Shown: in pieces, positions 1 through 10,044 of the stretch
Layout of the letters: each line of letters begins with the position of its first letter
How positions within the stretch are numbered: the first letter of the stretch is position 1
From: Promethearchaeota archaeon
Lineage (GTDB): Archaea > Asgardarchaeota > Lokiarchaeia > Sigyniarchaeales > SOKP01
Direction of reading: 5' to 3'
DNA: 64,000 nucleotides
Assembly (NCBI GenBank): GCA_016839705.1
Contig: JAEOTR010000060.1
Location: 1-64,000, forward strand
Program-made: the position numbers and the translations under genes
The notes under the pieces: model-generated
The model's database searches: none
What the model was told of the DNA's origin: nothing
Seen by the model: only the letters and a program-made list of their open reading frames with translations

Positions 1-243
<243 letters not shown>

Positions 244-430
244 AATAAACTGTGAAGTGTATCACAAAACTGTTTTTGGAATTTTAACTTACTTAGGGTC
301 TTAATTAAACTTTCTTCAGTTATAATAACCAAATTATAACTACATTTTTTATACCGCATCTATGATAAAACTTTTCATCTAACGGATATTTACCATAATC
401 CAAGCTTACACCGGTAAAGATGCGACTGGT

Positions 431-442
431 TAATATATAAAG
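431..442 (-). promoter_or_regulatory. Putative TATA box of the 16S transcript
   Basis: Minus-strand TTTATATATTA about 190 nt upstream of the mature 16S 5' end. Confidence 0.5.
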
Positions 443-564
443 AAGGAACAATATATTATAAATTTTTTTGTTTTTCTGCGTAAAACTAAGTTTAGATTAT
501 TAAATTTTCGTAGTTTAAAAATCCCTATTGAAATAAAATAGTATTGTTTCAAATATAGACCTTA

Positions 565-1575
565 GTGAATAATATGCAGCTCAATGAAAAAATAGGAATC
601 TATTTAGACCAAATAAAGCAAATTAAGGGCGTAGAGAATGCTGTTTTGACGCAAAGAGATGGAAATCCAATTCAATCAACAGGAGTTTGGTTTTCCAAAG
701 ACGAAATTTTTAATGTTAGCTCTGCTACAAGCGCAATTTTTAACGTTGGTATACATTTACATCCAAAAGATTTAAAATACATCTTAATAGAAGGGAAAAA
801 GGCAAAGATTTTGATTGCACCATTGAATAGTCCGATACATAATTCATTGAACAGAATTTTAGAATCTCAAGGAGTTTTAGACGATAAGCATGAATTTTTC
901 ATCGCAATTACCGCTCAACCGAATATTAACTTAGGAGGTGTTTTTCTTCAAACTAGTGAGTGTTTAAGAAAGATAAAAACAAGTTTAATAACATCCGGAG
1001 AATCTTTTAAACCTCCTTTAATTCAATTTAATAGTCAAAAGGTTCAAAATATAATAGAGGGATTCAATGTAAAAGAAAATGAAGAAATAAATTTTAAATT
1101 ATCTCCTTTCTCATTAAGTTTTTCGAAACCAACCTCGTTGAAATTATCAAAAGTTTTGGATAATATCTCAGTTACAGTCCCGGATACGAAATATTCCTTT
1201 GTAACAATTGAAGGGGGATTTATCGCATCGAAGATGTTAAAAATTTTTGATGTAAATTCTGAAAAGTTAGATAAGATTTCTGCAATGAGCTATTCTCTCT
1301 TTCAAACATCAAATAGATGTGCCTGGTTATTAAAAAAAATGCATGCAGAAAGTATCCTACTTGATTGTCAGCATTCTTTCCAATTTATCGAAGGGCTGGG
1401 AAAAGCAATCTTTAGTGCTGTTATTGGGAAAACACGACAAAAATTAGGTCTAATTCGATTAATTCTTCCCCAATTTACAAATCAAATTAACAAACTTATT
1501 AAAGAGGCATCTGAAATTCAAGATTTCCGTACATTCGACATTAAAAGGATGTTGGGGGAGTTAGTAATAAAATAA
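565..1575 (+). CDS. Tandem double Roadblock/LC7 (MglB-like) protein
   Basis: Two roadblock patterns: GVENAVLTQRDGNPIQS...ILIEGKKAKILI...NLGGVFLQ and SFVTIEGGFIAS...ISAMSYSLF...KLGLIRL. First gene of an operon ending in an MglA-like GTPase. Confidence 0.8.
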   Translation: MNNMQLNEKIGIYLDQIKQIKGVENAVLTQRDGNPIQSTGVWFSKDEIFNVSSATSAIFNVGIHLHPKDLKYILIEGKKAKILIAPLNSPIHNSLNRILESQGVLDDKHEFFIAITAQPNINLGGVFLQTSECLRKIKTSLITSGESFKPPLIQFNSQKVQNIIEGFNVKENEEINFKLSPFSLSFSKPTSLKLSKVLDNISVTVPDTKYSFVTIEGGFIASKMLKIFDVNSEKLDKISAMSYSLFQTSNRCAWLLKKMHAESILLDCQHSFQFIEGLGKAIFSAVIGKTRQKLGLIRLILPQFTNQINKLIKEASEIQDFRTFDIKRMLGELVIK

Positions 1576-1588
1576 GAACGGTGAGAAG

Positions 1589-2485
1589 ATGAATCTCTTT
1601 AAGATCTTAGATAAATTCAAAAAAAATTATATCTCATTGATTCTATATTGCTTACTAGACAGAATTCCTATTATTGTCTTTGGGGATGATTCAGAAGAAG
1701 TAAATAATTTTTTGATAGAATTATCCGAACTTGTACATTTTCGAAAAGAATTTGTTTTTTATACTGATTTTATTTCCGCTGATGAGTATGAAGATTTAAT
1801 TTCAAATGAAAATATTGATTACAATTACCAAAGAGCGCATATAAGGTGTCCTTGTGAGGTTGCGATTAAAGCTTTAAACACATTTAAACACATTGATTCA
1901 TGGTTGATCGGAATCGTAATCCCAAAAGAAAAAAATGAGGTGGCAAAATTAAAAGATTTTATCGATACAAAATCGAAGGTAATTTTATATATCTCTTTCT
2001 TCTCAAACAGTTTTTCAATAGGGGTAGATCATATAGATTTGAAATCAGTTGATTTAACCCTTGAAGAAAATATACTTAGAAAAATTTCTCAAGACACTGA
2101 AAAAGCATTAATAAAAATGAAAAGAGTACTAAATGATAAAATCACCCTAAATCAACTTGATAAGGATTTAATAACAACATTATTAGATTTCGAAATCGAA
2201 AAGAGTGAGTTAAAAAAGAATATTTTTAAAAGAGAAATTCAAAATTTCTATTCAGGATCAAAGAGAGCATTTTTTATATTATCCAGATTGAATTTAATAA
2301 ACAATATAGACATCTATACAAAGATTAGCAGTAAAACTCTTTTAGAAACTATAGATTACGAAGAAGCGTCAATAGAGAGAATTTTATCATTTATTGGGAA
2401 AGAATGGGGTGAAAACTTTTCAGATTTGATTGAAGATGGAAAAAAATCATTTATAGGTGATAAAATAGTATCACTTTGGGGTTAG
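1589..2485 (+). CDS. Hypothetical protein, possible cDENN-like domain
   Basis: LYCLLDRIPIIVFGDD..V..FL..L..L and SWLIGI resemble the cDENN core pattern. GGTGA SD-like motif upstream. Confidence 0.45.
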   Translation: MNLFKILDKFKKNYISLILYCLLDRIPIIVFGDDSEEVNNFLIELSELVHFRKEFVFYTDFISADEYEDLISNENIDYNYQRAHIRCPCEVAIKALNTFKHIDSWLIGIVIPKEKNEVAKLKDFIDTKSKVILYISFFSNSFSIGVDHIDLKSVDLTLEENILRKISQDTEKALIKMKRVLNDKITLNQLDKDLITTLLDFEIEKSELKKNIFKREIQNFYSGSKRAFFILSRLNLINNIDIYTKISSKTLLETIDYEEASIERILSFIGKEWGENFSDLIEDGKKSFIGDKIVSLWG

Positions 2486-2492
2486 AATTAAT

Positions 2493-3080
2493 ATGATATA
2501 TGATTTTGAAAATGAAACTTTACAAGTAAAAATAGTATATTACGGTCCTGCAATGTCAGGTAAAACAACGTCGGTAAAATTCTTATTTTCTTGTTTTAAT
2601 AAAGAAAATGCATTGAAATCTATTGACAGTACAGTGGGGAGGACACTTTTCTTCGACTTTGGGGTTTTAAAATTTAAAGGGGCTATTTGGGATTTAAAAT
2701 TTTTAGTATATTCTGCAACGGGTCAGGATTTTTATTCTAGCACTCGACCATCGACATTAAATGGAGTAGATGGGATAATATTTGTTGTTGATTCCCAGAA
2801 AGAATGCTTGGAACACAATTTACGTTCATGGAAAGAATTAAAGACATTATTCGGTTTGGAATTTTATACCATTCCTATTGTAATATCATTAAATAAATAT
2901 GATTTACATGAAATGCACAAATTGCATGAAACGGATTTTATGACTCATATTAGCTATTCAAAGTTTAAACAATTAGCATTAACAAAAACTGCTGCAATAA
3001 ATGGAGAAGGGGTAATAGATTCATTTAGCCAATTAATTAGCTTTATATTTCCACAACTAACAATAAAAGTAGATACCTAA
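2493..3080 (+). CDS. MglA-family small GTPase
   Basis: KIVYYGPAMSGKTT, RTLFFDF, ATGQ, GVDGIIFVVDSQ, NKYD. Confidence 0.9.
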   Translation: MIYDFENETLQVKIVYYGPAMSGKTTSVKFLFSCFNKENALKSIDSTVGRTLFFDFGVLKFKGAIWDLKFLVYSATGQDFYSSTRPSTLNGVDGIIFVVDSQKECLEHNLRSWKELKTLFGLEFYTIPIVISLNKYDLHEMHKLHETDFMTHISYSKFKQLALTKTAAINGEGVIDSFSQLISFIFPQLTIKVDT

Positions 3081-3088
3081 TAATAAAT

Positions 3089-3288
3089 TTAGGATTTAAC
3101 ATTATTTTTTTGATACATATTTTTCGAAAGTCTTTTAATATAACCCTGCAAGACAAATTGCTTTAAAAGATTTCTGACTTTCCTTACCTCTGATGCATCA
3201 ATTCCTAAAACGCTTATTAATTGAAAAATTGAAAACTGTTCGGGTAAACCATCCTTGATTCTATTATAGAGTCCCGTCTTTTACTCAC
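3089..3288 (-). pseudogene. Small winged-helix-like ORF with a frameshifted start
   Basis: Open frame 3280..3089 reads KTGLYNRIKDGLPEQFSIFQLISVLGIDASEVRKVRNLLKQFVLQGYIKRLSKNMYQK. The GTG at 3288 is one base out of frame across an A4 run. Confidence 0.55.
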
Positions 3289-3574
3289 ATCAATTCTTAT
3301 TTAATTATCCTATAAAAATGAAGAAATGTTTTTATATTTTATTCAAATCAAGTATAATATACATATTGGAGTAAAGGTTTTTATAATCCTCAAAGTAACT
3401 ATAAATTATCATTCCTACTTTACGTAGATCATCATGTCTAGTCATTTTCATTGAAAATTTACAACCTTATTTTACCCCATTGCTGTTTGGAACCATACTA
3501 AATACATATTTATTATATAATTGAAATACATGGTAATTTATTGAAAAAAATAGCATTAATCTTCTGCTACTAAT

Positions 3575-4261
3575 TCAAAAATCCCGGATATCCTTAGCAT
3601 TATCTCCGATTGGAGCTTCGCCATCCCCATATATCTGGTATAACCCTGTTCTTCTCGCACATTCAGTAAAACTACGATAAACGTCTTTTCTTTTCTCATA
3701 AAGAGCACAAGTTTTATAAATTATTGGATTCCATCTATAATATTCGTCATTAGGCTCATACCATAGTTTTTCATCTTTTAAAACTTGCTTAAAGTCTTCT
3801 TCTCCTATAACTTCAGTGAGATCTTGTTTGTTTAACATAACAATAAGTGGAATTTCGGTAATTAATTTACCTCGTGTAATATTCTTCAATTCCTTTAAAG
3901 ATTCAATATTATCTTCAAAAAGATGTGTTTGGGAATCAACAGTAAAAATAACGCCATCTGTCCCCTTAAATATTTTTTTCCTTAAGGGAGAAAACCTCCT
4001 TTGCCCCGCTACAGTATACACATGATAAAAAACTTGTCCTCTGGGTTTTTGCTTAGTAGATTGGAAAATACCTCGATCAAAATATAAGGTCGATCCACTT
4101 GCCATTGAAATTTTTGTTAAATTGCCAGTTGGAGCAATATCTTTTTCATTTTCTTTTGTATATCTATATAAAGTGTCGACCGTTGTTGTTTTTCCTGAAC
4201 TTGCCATACCCCAATAGAGGATCTTTATATAAACCTTATGGTCTGCTGTGTATCGAACCAT
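3575..4261 (-). CDS. Second MglA-family small GTPase
   Basis: KILYWGMASSGKTT, STLYFD, TVAGQ, GTDGVIFTVDSQ, NKQD. Confidence 0.9.
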   Translation of the reverse strand: MVRYTADHKVYIKILYWGMASSGKTTTVDTLYRYTKENEKDIAPTGNLTKISMASGSTLYFDRGIFQSTKQKPRGQVFYHVYTVAGQRRFSPLRKKIFKGTDGVIFTVDSQTHLFEDNIESLKELKNITRGKLITEIPLIVMLNKQDLTEVIGEEDFKQVLKDEKLWYEPNDEYYRWNPIIYKTCALYEKRKDVYRSFTECARRTGLYQIYGDGEAPIGDNAKDIRDF

Positions 4262-4476
4262 GGAAATATCTACCTAAATAAATCAATTATAAAGTAAATA
4301 AATCGTTCTTATGTGTATTTTGATGTAAAATTAGATTAGATGAAAAAAATTTCTATTTTTTAATAAAATAAATAATTTAGTACTATTATAATTAAGTATT
4401 TATTATTCCTTTTTGGTATTTTTACTTTTTTACAAAATAAAAATTAAATATTGAGTAATTATTATTTTAACAATCT

Positions 4477-4785
4477 CTAACTTTCTACAAAAGTTTCTCC
4501 TAATCTAATTTTGTAATTGCACCATAGAATTAATTCATTGTATTCATTTCCGACTTTACCTTCTCTTATTATCAAATTAATTATATCTGAATACATAATT
4601 TCTCTTTTGCCTTGAAATGATTTACTTAATTTATTTTTAATTTCTTCTAGCACTCCTATGTTATTGATTGGTATACTCATAAAACTTTTATAATTTTGTT
4701 CAGTTTTCATATGACACATCTTAAGCGAATAAATTATTCGTGATTGTAACCATACTAACTCTAGACCAAACAATTTAAATCCCAT
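4477..4785 (-). CDS. Hypothetical protein (true start may be downstream)
   Basis: ORF track; no recognisable motif. Confidence 0.45.
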   Translation of the reverse strand: MGFKLFGLELVWLQSRIIYSLKMCHMKTEQNYKSFMSIPINNIGVLEEIKNKLSKSFQGKREIMYSDIINLIIREGKVGNEYNELILWCNYKIRLGETFVES

Positions 4786-4932
4786 ATTTTTTACTTTTCA
4801 TTTTCTCTCTCTCTTTCTCTATAGAACGTAATTTCATTATTCAGTAAGATTATTTCATTGAACCTTACTACCATTCTACGCAGTTAAAATAAGGCAGGAT
4901 TGAAATTTGAAATCTAAAACTGAATATGAATT

Positions 4933-5958
4933 GTGATTGAAATTAATCAAGAAGTATATAAAAGCGAAGTTAATGAAAAGTGTCCTGAGTGTAAAGGAAG
5001 TGTTATTATTAATAGCTTTGAAAAGGTTTGCAAAAATTGTGGCTTAGTGATTAACGAGTTATTTAAAGCATCTTCATTTATTTTTAGTAAAGAGAATAAA
5101 ACGGGTAATCTCAGTAAACAATATGTCGCATTGGGCGAAAGAACAGATTTTATAGGTGGATTAGGTTCATTTATTGATTATGAAAATTCAAAATATTTAA
5201 AGGATAAAAAAGGAAGGTTATTGCCTCCGAATGAACAAAAACTGTTTAGAAGACTTAAAAAAAATTATGCCCAATTCTTAAGAATCAAAAATCATGAAAC
5301 GGAATATCGAGTTTTCAATATTCTAAATAAGATTTCATTATACCTTAATCTAAATAAAAATATTCGGAATAATGCGGCATATTACTATAAAAAAATACAT
5401 AAGATTGAAGAAAAAGTAATAAACAACATATCCTTAATCGCTTTTTGTGTATTTCTAGCTGTTAGGAAAGAGTATCACAATGCACCGATAACAATTAATG
5501 AAATTGCAAAAGCCTTTCAAAATTTTGGACATCGTGTTAATCCCAGGTTGATCCTGCGTGATGGAATAAGATATAAACACCATTTAAATAATGAGTCGAT
5601 ACCCCACAAAAGTGAAGATTATCTCATAAGGCTAACCAATCAAGTTATGAATCATAAAGATCTTTTAGAAAGGTTAAAGAGAAAAAAATCATCTTGGACT
5701 AAGGAAGAATATCAAAATTTACTTCTTAAAAAATGTCGGGAAATATTGATAGAGTTACCGTTATGTCATCGTGGAGGAAGAAATCCTTTTATTTTAACGG
5801 GGGCTATAATATATCTAGCTGATAAATTACTAGCGAAAGAAAATATACAAAAATCGGTCTTAACCCAAAAAGTAATATCTGAAGCTACAAAAATTGCTGA
5901 ATATTCCATAAGGGATCATTATGTCAACCTATTAAAGCCTCTTTTTCTCAATAACTGA
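4933..5958 (+). CDS. Divergent TFB/TFIIB-family paralogue
   Basis: Zn ribbon CPEC..CKNCG, two cyclin-like repeats, GRNP motif, C-terminal HTH QKVISEATKIAEYSIRDHY. Confidence 0.85.
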   Translation: MIEINQEVYKSEVNEKCPECKGSVIINSFEKVCKNCGLVINELFKASSFIFSKENKTGNLSKQYVALGERTDFIGGLGSFIDYENSKYLKDKKGRLLPPNEQKLFRRLKKNYAQFLRIKNHETEYRVFNILNKISLYLNLNKNIRNNAAYYYKKIHKIEEKVINNISLIAFCVFLAVRKEYHNAPITINEIAKAFQNFGHRVNPRLILRDGIRYKHHLNNESIPHKSEDYLIRLTNQVMNHKDLLERLKRKKSSWTKEEYQNLLLKKCREILIELPLCHRGGRNPFILTGAIIYLADKLLAKENIQKSVLTQKVISEATKIAEYSIRDHYVNLLKPLFLNN

Positions 5959-6098
5959 ATATGTCAACCCCTTAAAAAAGTTCAAGATATAAAGAGATTA
6001 TTCATAATCTAAAATAATAAATTCTATTAAATTTTTTATTAAAATAATTTGAATTTATTATAAATAAGTGGATATTTAGTTTTAAAATAAAAAAAAGC

Positions 6099-6211
6099 GC
6101 TTCTGTAGTGTAGACCGGTCAATTCAAATGGTAGTTATAGAATGCTACGATTAAGACTAAGCATCTGAGGCTCTCACCTTCGGGACCCGGGTTCAAATCC
6201 CGGCAGAAGCA
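6099..6211 (+). tRNA. tRNA-Glu(CTC) with 38-nt intron (6123-6160) at position 21/22
   Basis: Acceptor GCTTCTG/CAGAAGC, anticodon loop CT-CTC-AC, T arm CCGGG-TTCAAAT-CCCGG. BHB-like junction: helix GGTC/GACT with bulges AAT and AAG. Confidence 0.93.
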
Positions 6212-6303
6212 TTATTAACATTATTTATACTTAGAATATAACTAATAATGAGTACATTTATTTATTTTCGTTAAACTGTCTTTATGATCGAACTCAAAAG
6301 ATT

Positions 6304-6717
6304 TCAATCATGAACCGTTGTAGATGTGGGAGAGATTTTATTTAATAAGTCGAGGAGATTCGATATTAAATCAATATATATTCTTATCAATTCAATATCT
6401 GTTTCATTTCGAAATTTTTCTGTTAACCACTGAATCTTTTCAGAAATAGCATCTTCTAATGAATTATAGACAGTTCCTTTAATACTCGTTTTGATACTTA
6501 GATTAGTCTCAGAACCAATTTTTTCTTTTTGATAATTTTGAGCGACGGTATCATTCATAACAACAACTTTCCTGTCACAGCTAGGGCAATACTTTTCCCC
6601 ACTTTTATTTCTGAATATAGGATTATTACAAACTGGACAGGCTATATTTAACATAGTGTGACCCAATCTTAGAAGATCAGCCATTTTAACAATATCTTTG
6701 CTAATTTTAATCCCCAC
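6304..6717 (-). CDS. UPF0148/SSSCA1 (autoantigen p27) Zn-ribbon protein
   Basis: MADLLRLGHTMLNIACPVC..PIF.....YCPSC. Confidence 0.85.
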   Translation of the reverse strand: MGIKISKDIVKMADLLRLGHTMLNIACPVCNNPIFRNKSGEKYCPSCDRKVVVMNDTVAQNYQKEKIGSETNLSIKTSIKGTVYNSLEDAISEKIQWLTEKFRNETDIELIRIYIDLISNLLDLLNKISPTSTTVHD

Positions 6718-6770
6718 AAATTAATAATTCAATTGCAGTAATTTAATAAATATTTTTTAAAACAGAAGTT

Positions 6771-6965
6771 TTATTCGCGGTTTTGTATTTTTAATAAATT
6801 CACTATGTATCCTGAAATCCTGTTTCTCAAATGCTTTGAGTCTACTTCAAGATATTTGTCCAAAAGTTTTTTATTTTTTTCAAAATTGGTTGTAAACACA
6901 TCTGGATATTTATTTATTAATTCTTTAGATACGTTTTTTATTGTTATTGGTCTTACTTTTCCCAT
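6771..6965 (-). CDS. rps17e: 30S ribosomal protein S17e
   Basis: MGKVRP..IK...F..NK......SKHLRNRISGY. Confidence 0.96.
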   Translation of the reverse strand: MGKVRPITIKNVSKELINKYPDVFTTNFEKNKKLLDKYLEVDSKHLRNRISGYIVNLLKIQNRE

Positions 6966-7039
6966 GTTAGTAACTTTATTTTTTCTTTAATCTTTCGTAA
7001 TTTAAATTTTTGGTAAAATAAATTTTTTTCGCAATTATT

Positions 7040-8287
7040 TTGGTTTTTATAGTTTTAAGCAAAAATTCTAATGTGAGAAAGAGATTAATTATTTTATTTC
7101 TATTTGTATTGATCATCGAAATTCTTAGTATTTCAAATTCTGTTATAGGCTTTGAGTGTAATCTCGACTATATAGAAGTTGATAAAGAAAGCTATTATCC
7201 TAATGAAATGATCAATATAAACGCCTCCTGGGGATTAGATTATAATCCCATTAATGTAGAAGCTTATATTCAAGTTAGACTTACTGATGAATTTGATGTT
7301 GTATTTTGGAACTCCTCTAAATATGATGGAATTGGTAATTACACAGAAAATTGGAATATAAATATAAATCAATTAAATCTAACTCTTAATAATTATACTC
7401 GTAGTTTATATGTAAAATTTTTGAGTGTTTACCACCAAATTGGTACAATGGATATAATATCAAATCTATTAGAAACAATTCAAATTACTATAATAAAGCG
7501 AATTCCTTATTGTCAGTTAATAGGATTTAAAGATCGAATAAACTACGGAGAAAATTTAAGTTTTCAAGCAAGATTTTTTGATAGTATAATTGAGAATAAT
7601 ACATTCTTGAATAATCAATTGATTACATTTCAAATAAGTTCAAATAGCTCTATTATATTTCAATCTAATTTCACAACTAATGATTTAGGGATAATAAATA
7701 TATTTGTATCTTCTGTTGATGATTTCGGTCTAGGTGTAAATAATTTGGTATTGAAATTGGGTAAAAACAATGTTTTTAATGATTCAATATTTCAGTATGA
7801 AGTTTTTGTAGATAGAAATCCAGTTTTTATTGATGTAATTAACTTTAAAGATATAATAGAATCATGGGAAGATTTAAGAATTAATTTATTCTATTATTAT
7901 TATTTCAATAACACGTTATATCCACTTGAGAATCAATCAATTGAGTTAGCAATTTTGAGAGATAATAACATTACATACACACAAATATTTAGTACAGATA
8001 AAGATGGGATATTATCGGTAGCCATCTCTCATAAGTTGTTTAGTTCTAATAAGGAAAATAAAGATTTAACATTAACTTTGAAATATAATGGTTCCCTTTA
8101 TTTAGAAAATAAAACACTCTCCTTAAATCTAAACATAAAAATCTATAAACAAGAAAGTAGATTTCAATTAATTCTTATATCCTCTGTAACTGCATCGGCA
8201 ATAATTGTACTGATTTCACTGGTAATATTATTTAGATTTAAGAGACCAAAGAAAATAATATTGCCTGAAATCACAATAAGATATTGA
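7040..8287 (+). CDS. Membrane-anchored surface glycoprotein
   Basis: N-terminal signal/TM, beta-rich repeats (FTTNDLG, FSTDKDG), many N-x-S/T sequons, C-terminal TM followed by a basic tail. Confidence 0.7.
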   Translation: MVFIVLSKNSNVRKRLIILFLFVLIIEILSISNSVIGFECNLDYIEVDKESYYPNEMININASWGLDYNPINVEAYIQVRLTDEFDVVFWNSSKYDGIGNYTENWNININQLNLTLNNYTRSLYVKFLSVYHQIGTMDIISNLLETIQITIIKRIPYCQLIGFKDRINYGENLSFQARFFDSIIENNTFLNNQLITFQISSNSSIIFQSNFTTNDLGIINIFVSSVDDFGLGVNNLVLKLGKNNVFNDSIFQYEVFVDRNPVFIDVINFKDIIESWEDLRINLFYYYYFNNTLYPLENQSIELAILRDNNITYTQIFSTDKDGILSVAISHKLFSSNKENKDLTLTLKYNGSLYLENKTLSLNLNIKIYKQESRFQLILISSVTASAIIVLISLVILFRFKRPKKIILPEITIRY

Positions 8288-8542
8288 ATTCTAAATTGGC
8301 AATCTTCGAAGAATTATAGAAAATTTATCACAGAAAATCCCAATAAATGAATAAATTTAAGGTTATTTCGTCAGATTCCTTTTGGGGGAGTTAAAGATCG
8401 TTTTTAACCATTGTGTATGAAATGGTTTTATATTCATTTATTCCATCTCGATTTTCTAATAAAAAATTAATACTCTGTATTTAATTATAAACGATCCTCT
8501 TTTAAGATTATAATATATTTCTATTGTGAATTCGTTGCTACT

Positions 8543-9742
8543 ATGGAGTATTTTGAAGAATTATTAAAAAAGCCATCATTATTTCTCGATGAGAGTAAGC
8601 TGGATATGAATTATGTTCCAGGGAAACTACCACACAGAGATAAAGAATTGTCCCTTCTATCACAGTTATTCCTAACATTAATTACAAATCCAAATTCAAT
8701 CTCAAGAAAAATTTTAATAACAGGTAAAACAGGAATTGGAAAAACAGTTACAGTAAAAACTTTTGGTGAAATTCTAAAAGAAGTATCGGCTAAAAGAAAT
8801 ATTTGCATCAAATATGTTCATGTCAATTGTCGAAAAGAAAGAACTAGTTATAAAGTTTTAATTAAAATTATTCGATTAATTAACAAGAATTTTCCTAAAA
8901 GAGGGTATTCTCCTCAAGATTTATTAGAAAACCTAATCGATTTTCTTACTAACCAAAATATACATATTCTGATTGTTTTGGATGAGTTAAGTTACCTCAT
9001 TAACAAAGGAGAGGATTTGATTTATTTGTTAACTCGGATTAATGATGATTCGGCAAATGTTCAACAGAGAGTATCAATTATCGGAATTGTGCGAGATCTT
9101 TCATGCTTAAATAATTTAGATTATAGTACTATAAGCACATTGCAAAGAAATATCATTAAATTCAGTAGCTATTCTAAGAAACAGATTTTTGACATCCTAA
9201 ACTATAGAGTTCTTTTAAGTTTAAAAGAAAATGTTATATCTAAAGACCTGATAAAGATGATTGTAGAATCAACCTATACTAATGGTGATATCAGATATGG
9301 GTTAAATATAATATGGAAGGCAGCTAAAATTGCTGAAAGTCGAAATTTAACATTTATAGATAATGAATGTGTTAGACTTGGGAGTCAGGAATTAGTTCCA
9401 TTTTCAACTTTAGATGTTCTAAAATATATGTCATCTCAGAAATTATTTTTTTTACTTTCAATTGTCAAAGGATTACAAATTTCTAATATGACAGAAATAT
9501 CCTTTTTAGATGTTATAAAAAGATACTATATTATATGTGAAAACATAGGTTTGAATCCTAGGTCGAATTCTCAACTATGGAATTATCTTCAAGAATTTAA
9601 ACGGGAAAGCATAGTTCTTATCAATATCTTAAGTGAGAAAATCAAAGGGAGAAGAGCATCAATTCAAATTCCGGAAATAAATTTACCAAAATTAGAAAAA
9701 ATTATTACAGAGATACTGAAATTGAAAGAAATCGATATCTAA
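8543..9742 (+). CDS. cdc6: Cdc6/Orc1 replication initiator
   Basis: YVPGKLPHRD, Walker A GKTGIGKT, HVNC, Walker B VLDE, GDIR sensor, C-terminal winged helix. Confidence 0.93.
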   Translation: MEYFEELLKKPSLFLDESKLDMNYVPGKLPHRDKELSLLSQLFLTLITNPNSISRKILITGKTGIGKTVTVKTFGEILKEVSAKRNICIKYVHVNCRKERTSYKVLIKIIRLINKNFPKRGYSPQDLLENLIDFLTNQNIHILIVLDELSYLINKGEDLIYLLTRINDDSANVQQRVSIIGIVRDLSCLNNLDYSTISTLQRNIIKFSSYSKKQIFDILNYRVLLSLKENVISKDLIKMIVESTYTNGDIRYGLNIIWKAAKIAESRNLTFIDNECVRLGSQELVPFSTLDVLKYMSSQKLFFLLSIVKGLQISNMTEISFLDVIKRYYIICENIGLNPRSNSQLWNYLQEFKRESIVLINILSEKIKGRRASIQIPEINLPKLEKIITEILKLKEIDI

Positions 9743-9743
9743 T

Positions 9744-10034
9744 ATGATTAAATCTGAGAATAAGTTTTTAATAGAGGATCTATTAGGATCAAAAGCAAGA
9801 GTTAAAATATTAAAAGCTCTAGCACTGAATGAAGAATTAACTATTTCATTAATTATTAATGCAACTAAATTAAATTATTCAAATGTTAGAAAACATCTAA
9901 ATCACCTAAAAGAACTTGATTTAATCCAAGAAAAGAATTTTGGAAGGATAAAAATATTTAGATATAGAATAGAAAATATAAAAGCACGGAGTTTTAAAAA
10001 ATTTATCGACATTTGGGAAGGGGATTTCTATTGA
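9744..10034 (+). CDS. Winged-helix (ArsR-like) protein
   Basis: LLGSKARVKILKAL...LNYSNVRKHLNHL...FGRIKIF. Abuts cdc6. Confidence 0.8.
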   Translation: MIKSENKFLIEDLLGSKARVKILKALALNEELTISLIINATKLNYSNVRKHLNHLKELDLIQEKNFGRIKIFRYRIENIKARSFKKFIDIWEGDFY

Positions 10035-10044
10035 TATTATAACC

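Noticed and set aside
8288-8542. Replication origin next to cdc6
   Set aside because: A G5 run and a short inverted repeat (AACCATT/AATGGTT) are present, but no repeated ORB consensus.
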